22,117 nucleotides of DNA from Thermoplasmatota archaeon (GTDB lineage: Archaea; Thermoplasmatota; E2; DHVEG-1; B18-G2), in assembly GCA_029259115.1 (NCBI GenBank), contig JAPDJO010000094.1, positions 1-22,117 of the forward strand, read 5' to 3'. The notes beneath the pieces were generated by a model. That model was not told where the DNA came from and did no database searches. It was given only the letters and a program-made list of their open reading frames with translations. Position numbers and translations under genes: made by a program. Shown here piece after piece: positions 16,543-22,117 of this stretch (its first letter is position 1; the number at the start of each line of letters is the position of its first letter).

Positions 16543-17670
16543 TCACTCACCTTCCACGGCTACTACATCGAGTTCTTTAACCTCACATCTTGATCCCAAC
16601 ATCTCGGCTATGCTTGGTCTTGTTCTTCCTTCGTCGCCAGATACTAACTCTTTTATGTATGTTCCTGACTCTGCTTTTATCTCTATTAAAGCTTCTCTTC
16701 CTTTAACCCATATCGGCTTACATCCATATATCTTTTTTTCTCTTATCTTGCCCGCTCTTCTATGAGCCACTCTGAGAGGAGTCTTCTGCTTTATAATCTT
16801 TCCTTCCAGAGAAGACAAAACCTCTTTTAATCTTTTCTCCTGGATTTCTACATCTGAAACTATCCTTGCATGATAAACCTTTGAAAAACTCTCCTCTTTC
16901 AATCTTCTTATCTCATCTTTATTTGAGTATCTAAGGTTCACAACTTTGACCTTTCCTTTAGCGTACTCATTTATCTTTTCTTCCAATTTTCTAATATCTA
17001 CTCTCCTTTTCTTAGGATTCTTAATCTCTAAAACAAAAGGTCTTCCATTCCCCAACATCCTAGCATCTATATCCTCTCTACCACATCCATGAAATGATTC
17101 ATCATCTCCCTGAAACTCTTCTAGAGCTTTTTTAGCTATGATTTCTTCGACGCTTTCGAAGTATTGCTTTCCGGTATAGTTGCATTTTCTACATCCAATA
17201 CCTCTACATATCCTACAAGGCCACTTAGTCTGAGGAATTCCTCTAACAAGTTTCAGATATCTGCCATATAGGTATACTGGAGTTACTTGCAAAGTTACAT
17301 GATCAAATCTGGTATCAATTATGACATTAATATCATAATCAGAGTAAACGAGTTTTTTTCCTGTCCTTCTCTCCAACTCCTTTCCTATCTTTCTGTTAAG
17401 CCACGTCTTTATATCTCTGAAATCCTCCGATATACTTCTTCTTATCTTCTCCTCCTTCTCTATTATATCTGCATCGATCTTTGTTCCTATAGAGAAGGTG
17501 TCAAACTCGTACCCATCCAATTTTTCTTCAATAAGGTCGACAAACTTTTCTATCTCTCCAGATAAGCCTTCACACACATTGCACTCTACAGGATCAACTA
17601 TTCTTATGTCTCCTTTTCCTCTAAATATCCTAAGAAAACATTCTCTACACAATCTCTGAACAGTTATCAT
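16543..17670 (-). CDS. pus10: tRNA pseudouridine(54/55) synthase Pus10
   Basis: GRYLKLVRGIPQTKW, FHGCGREDIDARMLG.GRPF, Q.TP.RV.HRR, GTYIKELV.GD.GRT.PS, V.ELDV; N-terminal CxxC...CxxC. Confidence 0.95.
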   Translation of the reverse strand: MITVQRLCRECFLRIFRGKGDIRIVDPVECNVCEGLSGEIEKFVDLIEEKLDGYEFDTFSIGTKIDADIIEKEEKIRRSISEDFRDIKTWLNRKIGKELERRTGKKLVYSDYDINVIIDTRFDHVTLQVTPVYLYGRYLKLVRGIPQTKWPCRICRGIGCRKCNYTGKQYFESVEEIIAKKALEEFQGDDESFHGCGREDIDARMLGNGRPFVLEIKNPKKRRVDIRKLEEKINEYAKGKVKVVNLRYSNKDEIRRLKEESFSKVYHARIVSDVEIQEKRLKEVLSSLEGKIIKQKTPLRVAHRRAGKIREKKIYGCKPIWVKGREALIEIKAESGTYIKELVSGDEGRTRPSIAEMLGSRCEVKELDVVAVEGE

Positions 17671-17672
17671 TA

Positions 17673-18797
17673 CTACATCTCGTCAATCTTTCTTGCAACT
17701 TCTTCAGCCACTTCTAGGGTTGAGCTGTTTCCTCCCATATCATATGTTCTTACTTTCCCTTCCTCTATGACCTTAGCTATTGCATTCTCTAGCTTCTCGG
17801 CCCAATTTTTCTCTCCAAGCCAGTCAAGCATAAGTTTTACAGATAGAAGCATTGCCATAGGATTAACCTTGTATTGTCCAGCATACTTTGGAGCTGAGCC
17901 ATGGGTAGGTTCAAAGAGAGCATAGTTTTCCCCCATATTTGCGCTAGCCGCAAATCCTAGACCGCCAACAAGCTGTGCTGCAAGATCAGATATTATATCT
18001 CCAAACATGTTGGAGCATACCAGTATATCATAATTCTGTGGATTTTTCACCAACCACATAGCCATCGCATCTACATTAACCTCTCTGTACTCTATATCAG
18101 GATATTCCTCTGCTATTTTCCTAGCTTCTCTAACCATAAGACCCCCTGTCTCTCTGAGAACATTTGGTTTTTCAACGAGGGTTACGCTCTTTCTGTTGTG
18201 CTCTCTTGCATACTCAAAAGCCTTTCTTACTATTCTCTGGCAAGCTTTCTTTGTAAAAACTCTGCATGTTATTGCCATCTCATCATTTGGCACATCCTTG
18301 AATCTCTTCATCTTCTCATTCAGCATCAAAGCATTTTTAACCTCATCTGGGACAGGATGAAACTCTACGCCTGCATAAAGACCCTCGGTATTTTCTCTAA
18401 AAACGATTATATCTATATCATCTCTATAATTCAGAGGATTTCCCTTATATGCCTTACAAGGTCTCATATTAACATAGAGATCAAACTCCTGTCTTATCCT
18501 GACTATGGCACTGGAATACTTTATTCCTTTACCTCTCAGCTCTGGAGATAGTTCCTTTTCAGCATCTTCTGGAGGTTTAGAAGTTATGGCTCCAAACAGG
18601 CAACAATCTGTTTCTCTCAACAGTTCTAGGGTTCTATCTGGTAAAGGATTTCCTTCCTTTTTCCAGAACTCCCATCCAACATCTCCATATATATACTCTG
18701 CATCTATGTCGATGTGATCAAGGACAAGCATCGCTGCATCCATAACGTCCTTCCCTACTCCATCTCCTGGTAGTACAGCTATATGATACTTGGCCAT
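17673..18797 (-). CDS. Isocitrate/isopropylmalate/homoisocitrate dehydrogenase family enzyme
   Basis: IAVLPGDGVG, R..FDLY.N.RP, FRENTEGLY, K.NV, NMFGDIISDLAA.LVGGLG, FEPTHGSAP, NP.A, TYDMGG. Substrate uncertain. Confidence 0.9.
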   Translation of the reverse strand: MAKYHIAVLPGDGVGKDVMDAAMLVLDHIDIDAEYIYGDVGWEFWKKEGNPLPDRTLELLRETDCCLFGAITSKPPEDAEKELSPELRGKGIKYSSAIVRIRQEFDLYVNMRPCKAYKGNPLNYRDDIDIIVFRENTEGLYAGVEFHPVPDEVKNALMLNEKMKRFKDVPNDEMAITCRVFTKKACQRIVRKAFEYAREHNRKSVTLVEKPNVLRETGGLMVREARKIAEEYPDIEYREVNVDAMAMWLVKNPQNYDILVCSNMFGDIISDLAAQLVGGLGFAASANMGENYALFEPTHGSAPKYAGQYKVNPMAMLLSVKLMLDWLGEKNWAEKLENAIAKVIEEGKVRTYDMGGNSSTLEVAEEVARKIDEM

Positions 18798-18812
18798 CGG
18801 AGAGTGAATAAG

Positions 18813-18827
18813 TTTATATTTTAAAAA
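18813..18827. promoter_or_regulatory. Overlapping bidirectional TATA elements for the dehydrogenase operon (-) and the flippase-like gene (+)
   Basis: Plus-strand TTTATATT 18813-18820 (about 23 nt before ATG 18844); minus-strand TTTTTAAAA 18827-18819 (about 21 nt before ATG 18797). Confidence 0.5.
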
Positions 18828-18843
18828 TGATGTGCATGGTCGA

Positions 18844-19815
18844 ATGTTGAATGACAGGAAAGGAGAGATACTGGAAATATCAATATCTTTGGTAGGGATA
18901 TTTCTGCTTTTTTATCTTCTCTGGTCAATAGATTTTAGAAAAATTATTGATACGATATCTAAAGCCAATCTTTATCTGATAATACTATCAACACTACTAC
19001 TCTTGGTAAGGATTCCTCTAAGTGTTTATAAGTGGAATATTTTGGCTAGGGATCAAGGCGTGGATGTTGGATATCTAAAAATGATGAAATTCTATCTCAT
19101 TGGATTCTTTTTCACGAACGTGACGCCTGGCGGTGTAGGGAATTACATAAGAGTAAAATTTTTACATGACCTTGGGAGAGATTTTAGCGTAGCTATATCT
19201 AATATTGTTATAGACAATCTAATAGAGCTGATATCACTTCACACCTTAGCACTTATCGCTTTATCTGTGTTTTTTCCAGAAAAGACGGGTCTGATTCTTC
19301 TGATTCTACTTTTGATGGGAACCGCTGTTATACCTTTATTACTTCTTCTTGGAGGCAAAATAGGTGGGAGATTGACAAAAAGTCTTGTTCTTTCTTTTGT
19401 TCCAGCAGAGTATAGAAAGTTAGTCAGAGAAAATATAGACAAAATATTCGGTAAACCTCCATCTGTTAGGTCTATAGCTATTTCGTTCGCTATATCTATA
19501 TTTACTTGGATGGTATGCTTCATCCAAATATATCCAATTTTCCTGTCTCTTGGTATAGGTATCGATATTTTCGATTCCCTTTCTCTATGGTCCATCTCTA
19601 TATCACTGTCAGCCCTTCCAATAACAGTGGGGGGTCTTGGTGTTAGGGAGTGGTTTATGATATATTTATCATCGAAATATGCTATATCAAGAAGTTTGGC
19701 CATCTCTGCTTCCCTTCTTGGATATTTCATCGCTTTCTTTGTTCCTTCGATAATCGGTGGTCTACTGTTTATACCTCGTCTTTTTCCAAACCTCAGAGAC
19801 GACAGGAGGAGGTAG
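18844..19815 (+). CDS. Lysylphosphatidylglycerol synthase TM-domain / flippase-like membrane protein (UPF0104 type)
   Basis: About 8 TM; KW.IL, IGFFF.NVTPGGVG...R, D.L..L, LPITVGGLGVRE. ATG 18844 preferred over the GTG at 18832. Confidence 0.82.
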   Translation: MLNDRKGEILEISISLVGIFLLFYLLWSIDFRKIIDTISKANLYLIILSTLLLLVRIPLSVYKWNILARDQGVDVGYLKMMKFYLIGFFFTNVTPGGVGNYIRVKFLHDLGRDFSVAISNIVIDNLIELISLHTLALIALSVFFPEKTGLILLILLLMGTAVIPLLLLLGGKIGGRLTKSLVLSFVPAEYRKLVRENIDKIFGKPPSVRSIAISFAISIFTWMVCFIQIYPIFLSLGIGIDIFDSLSLWSISISLSALPITVGGLGVREWFMIYLSSKYAISRSLAISASLLGYFIAFFVPSIIGGLLFIPRLFPNLRDDRRR

Positions 19816-21102
19816 CTCTCTCCCATAGTTATCGACTTTATCTACGATCTTTGCATCGACATCCAAGTTTAATTCTCTCGAGAAGACTTCCCTAGTTTTT
19901 CTCAATATCTCTTCATGATTTTTGCATTCCTCATCTAATACCAGTTTTATAGACAGATCGTTTCTACTCCTTTGTACTATCTGGAATTGCCTGAGATCCT
20001 CAGATCTTAGTTCTCTCATTACGTTCATTATTAGCGTCGTGGCAACGAAAGGAGATATTACTCTTCCATCTGGAAGAACGATCGCATCTGCGGCTCTGCC
20101 CTCTATCCTTTTCACAACCTCTGTGTTGATTCCACAGTTGCATTTCTCATCCGTAGTTGTAACTATATCTTCTAGACCAGAGTATCTTATTATCGGCGTA
20201 TCTCTCCCATAGAGTCGTGTTGCAACAACCTTTCCACCTTCTCCCGGAGAAACAGGTTCTCCATAGCTATCAAGGATCTCAAGATATATGAGATCAGAGT
20301 TAATGTGATAAAAACCTTCCTTGCATTGGAACATTGCAGTATCAATTTCTATACTTCCATACACATCCACAACCTTTACACCATAGGCATCTTCTAAAAA
20401 ATTTCTGGTGTAGTTGTCCAAAACATATCCAGACGATCCAACGAACTTTACCTCGCTAAGGTCTAATCCTTTTTTCATAGCCTCTCTAGCCATCTCGGCT
20501 AATACAACAGGATAGCCAAATATAGCAGTCGGTTTAAATTTTCTGAAGATTTCAACCATATCACCAATATCTTTATCAAATGGTACAAAAATGAAATTCC
20601 TGTAAAGTTTCGTTACACCAATTCTGTCTAAAAGGTTTATACTCTTGTAATCGTAACTATTCTCTACCGCGAAATCTCCTATTACCATTATTCTTTCTTT
20701 TCGATAATTGATACCATGCGCCTTAAATACTCTTAAAGAAAGGATGTACCCTCTTATGATACTTGCCAGGTCTCGATATATTCTCGTTGGTTTTCCCGTC
20801 GATCCGGAGGTACTCATCAATACCAGATCACATCTTTTCCTGTTGTCTATAATATCATCTGGGAAACCTCTTTTTATCTCTCCTTTGCTTACCAAAGGAA
20901 GTTTGCGAATATCTTTTATTGTTCTAACCCCTGGGATATCTCTATACTTCTCTCTATAGAGAGGAATTCTCTTGGAATACTCAAAAATTTTCCTGAACAT
21001 GCGATTCCTGTATTTTTCTATCTCCTTCTCGTTTTCCCATATTCTACCAATATCAAAAATCGCCGATTCCACTATATCTACAATACTGGAAAATCTAAGC
21101 AT
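19762..21102 (-). CDS. Phenylacetate-CoA ligase / CapK-like adenylate-forming enzyme (ANL superfamily)
   Basis: P-loop STSGSTGKP, IFGYP, DVYGSIE, LEILD..G.PV.PGE.G.VV.T.L, PIIRY..D, C.CG, IEGR..D, QFQIVQ. Confidence 0.85.
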   Translation of the reverse strand: MLRFSSIVDIVESAIFDIGRIWENEKEIEKYRNRMFRKIFEYSKRIPLYREKYRDIPGVRTIKDIRKLPLVSKGEIKRGFPDDIIDNRKRCDLVLMSTSGSTGKPTRIYRDLASIIRGYILSLRVFKAHGINYRKERIMVIGDFAVENSYDYKSINLLDRIGVTKLYRNFIFVPFDKDIGDMVEIFRKFKPTAIFGYPVVLAEMAREAMKKGLDLSEVKFVGSSGYVLDNYTRNFLEDAYGVKVVDVYGSIEIDTAMFQCKEGFYHINSDLIYLEILDSYGEPVSPGEGGKVVATRLYGRDTPIIRYSGLEDIVTTTDEKCNCGINTEVVKRIEGRAADAIVLPDGRVISPFVATTLIMNVMRELRSEDLRQFQIVQRSRNDLSIKLVLDEECKNHEEILRKTREVFSRELNLDVDAKIVDKVDNYGRELPPPVVSEVWKKTRYKQ

Positions 21103-21103
21103 C

Positions 21104-21132
21104 CTAACAGTGAATGTTAGATTTCATTAAAA
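21104..21132 (-). promoter_or_regulatory. Promoter of the PaaK-like gene with an inverted repeat between TATA and start codon
   Basis: Minus-strand TTTTAATG at 21132-21125; CTAACA-GTGAA-TGTTAG at 21104-21120. Confidence 0.45.
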
Positions 21133-21135
21133 TAT

Positions 21136-22008
21136 TTATCTCCTTAATTCTCCTAAGGTCGTTATTCTTTCAGCAAATGCGTTGAACTTATGGATGGATT
21201 CCTCGCTTTCACTTCTTACCACAACCAGAGTATCGTCTGGTAGATGTCTGTATTCGCTAACAATATGATTCAGCACATCTCTGACAACATCCTCAACAAA
21301 TTTTGGATTTTTATGAGCCTTTATAACGAGCTCGCCTTCCTCCTTCCTCTTCAAAATACCATATGTTGGGCTGCTAAATGACTTCTCTACCATCTCTATA
21401 AGGTCATTTGCCTCGATATCCGTATTTTCTGGAACCTCTATCATAAGGGTTGTGATATTTCTTTGGTTATGGGTAGGGGTTATAGCATGATTTTCACCAA
21501 GTAAGGCCTTAACAACTTCCATTGCACAAGGACAGGTGGTCATACCTATAACCTCTACTCCTATAAGCTTTCTTACGCTTTCCCCTCTTTTTCCTCTAGC
21601 CTCAGCTATCAGCTTGTATGGTTCTGTTTCTTTTCTGCCAGATATGCTTTCTCTTTCCAAAAAATAGTCTGCCTTTGCCCTTACCTCGGCGAATGTTGCA
21701 TACTCGTGTCTGTCCAATAACTTTCTAACTAGAGATGCACAGAAATTCTCTAGAGAGTCTATGGGTCTCTTTCTGCTAGTTTCTACTAAATCAGTAGCAA
21801 GTTCCACGTTTCTAGACATATGGCTTCCTTTTTGAGATGCCGGAAGATCAACGAACATATCTATCTCTGTTGGTAACGTTATGATCTCATCTGATCCTGG
21901 TCTTTTAACATAAACAAGTTTCTTTATCCCCTTAACACCAACTCTAGTGAGCTTAAATTTAAGATGGGATGGCTCAGATTGTATATCTGGGATATCTATG
22001 CTTCTCAT
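21136..22008 (-). CDS. mptA: GTP cyclohydrolase MptA (FolE2/type IV family)
   Basis: PDIQ, LTRVGV.G, VDLP..QKGSHMSR, GMTTCPCA, HNQR, LKR.EE, NPKFVEDVVR, ESIH. ATG 22008 (MRSIDIPDIQ) preferred over 22083. Confidence 0.92.
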   Translation of the reverse strand: MRSIDIPDIQSEPSHLKFKLTRVGVKGIKKLVYVKRPGSDEIITLPTEIDMFVDLPASQKGSHMSRNVELATDLVETSRKRPIDSLENFCASLVRKLLDRHEYATFAEVRAKADYFLERESISGRKETEPYKLIAEARGKRGESVRKLIGVEVIGMTTCPCAMEVVKALLGENHAITPTHNQRNITTLMIEVPENTDIEANDLIEMVEKSFSSPTYGILKRKEEGELVIKAHKNPKFVEDVVRDVLNHIVSEYRHLPDDTLVVVRSESEESIHKFNAFAERITTLGELRR

Positions 22009-22066
22009 CAATTCATGATAAAAAGATAAGTTGATTAATCTTCCTATAAGAGCATCAACAAAAGAT

Positions 22067-22079
22067 AAAAAGTATAAAT
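22067..22079 (+). promoter_or_regulatory. BRE/TATA promoter of the tRNA gene
   Basis: AAAAAG TATAAAT about 22 nt upstream of the tRNA-like 5' end. Confidence 0.55.
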
Positions 22080-22101
22080 GCACTTTCTATTCTGCTAGCA
22101 A

Positions 22102-22117
22102 GCCGCTGTGGCTCAGC
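22102..22117 (+). tRNA. 5' end of a tRNA gene (truncated by window; isotype not determinable)
   Basis: GCCGCTG (acceptor 5' strand) - TG (U8,G9) - GCTC (D stem) - AGC (A14,G15), preceded by a TATA box. Confidence 0.75.

Noticed and set aside
17180-17225. Extra CxxCxxxGCxxC cluster inside Pus10
   Set aside because: Common insert in euryarchaeal Pus10 proteins; not novel.
19239-19895. 195-aa minus-strand ORF and 81-aa plus-strand ORF at the flippase/PaaK junction
   Set aside because: Overlap supported genes in antisense or shifted frames; no independent start signals or motifs.
22009-22083. 25-aa N-terminal extension of MptA in the ORF track
   Set aside because: Covers the divergent promoter region; the family-like sequence begins at MRSIDIPDIQ (ATG 22008).
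1-22117. Mobile elements, CRISPR arrays, defence systems
   Set aside because: No transposase, integrase, regularly spaced repeats or defence-gene motifs were seen; composition looks uniform by eye.

Overview
AT-rich archaeal chromosomal segment, most likely from a Thermoplasmata-type euryarchaeon (inferred from gene content: LonB, SmAP1, NadM, MptA, Rpo4, eL21, Pus10). It is mostly housekeeping. In order it holds the 3' end of a gene with a degenerate PTS EIIA-like domain, hutU-hutH, an Sm/LSm gene, nadM, lonB, glnA, an MFS transporter, a beta-helix (bactofilin-like/COG4801) - YchF-like GTPase - geranylgeranyl reductase-family operon, MscS, several small membrane or secreted proteins, and the conserved pus10-rpl21e-rpo4-DUF655-rsmA operon, here led by a beta-decarboxylating dehydrogenase. 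These are followed by a flippase-like/PaaK-like convergent pair, mptA and the 5' end of a tRNA at the window edge. No mobile element or CRISPR array was seen. The most notable unexplained signal is a GC-rich ~75-90 nt hairpin element directly downstream of the Sm gene. It has its own BRE/TATA and a U-rich tail. Its loop is the reverse complement of a Shine-Dalgarno plus start codon and nearly matches the RBS of a membrane-protein gene 8.6 kb away, making it a candidate Sm-associated, RBS-targeting small RNA. All assignments come from motif recognition by eye; no database searches were run.
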